Positions 63,756-64,000 of a DNA stretch of 64,000 nucleotides are shown here, one piece after another; within the stretch, counting starts at the first letter, position 1, and each line of letters begins with the position of its first letter. The stretch covers positions 15,872,001 to 15,936,000 of the forward strand of contig NC_043006.1 of the NCBI RefSeq assembly GCF_006345805.1, in the 5' to 3' direction. Both the position numbers and the translations under genes were made by a program. A model generated the notes under the pieces. It was not told where the DNA came from, did not search any database, and saw only the letters and a list, made by a program, of their open reading frames with translations. The DNA is from Octopus sinensis. Taxonomy: Eukaryota.

Positions 63756-64000
63756 GAATTCTTTCATATATTTATATTTTTAAAACAAACATACAAATTT
63801 CCACACGAAAGCACGTAATATATGCCCTAGGCACGTAACTTCAACCGTGTTTTTTCTTATGTGAATTTGCTACCCAGGTATCGGTTAATTCGAATTATCC
63901 TTGATAAGATAATTCATTCAACTACTCAAATATATATATACATATATATGTATATTTCATTTTCATTTGTCTTGGTTTTAGCTGAATTTTTTTCTTGAGA

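Overview
AT-rich, microsatellite-dense animal genomic DNA with one 100-N scaffold gap (3130-3229). From recall of its repeat families it is most likely a coleoid cephalopod (octopus); no database check was possible. Only one host-gene coding region is supportable: a ~3.5-kb terminal exon at 59650-63132 (+) encoding a multicopy neuropeptide precursor of ~1160 aa. It carries about 65-70 KR-flanked xFD(S/T)LGGAFMP(P)G-amide and related peptides (FCAP / orcokinin-B / cuttlefish FLGamide-like). Six single-base deletions split it into two track ORFs, and its signal-peptide exon was not identified. The rest is intron/intergenic DNA filled with tRNA-derived SINEs and decayed elements: mariner, R4/Dong-like, RTE, CR1-like, Penelope-like, non-autonomous Helitrons and a foldback element. 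The main unannotated signal is a set of nine type I hammerhead-ribozyme motifs from at least five unrelated sequence contexts, all with a palindromic, dimer-type stem III. The best is a 363-nt tandem unit (53962-54572) that folds as a rod and has a Schistosoma-like loop II. It also has a compensatory U3-A8 catalytic core and a diverged homolog at 38340-38545 showing base-pair covariation, so it is a candidate retrozyme/circRNA system. Nearly all other ORFs in the track are microsatellite or antisense artefacts.
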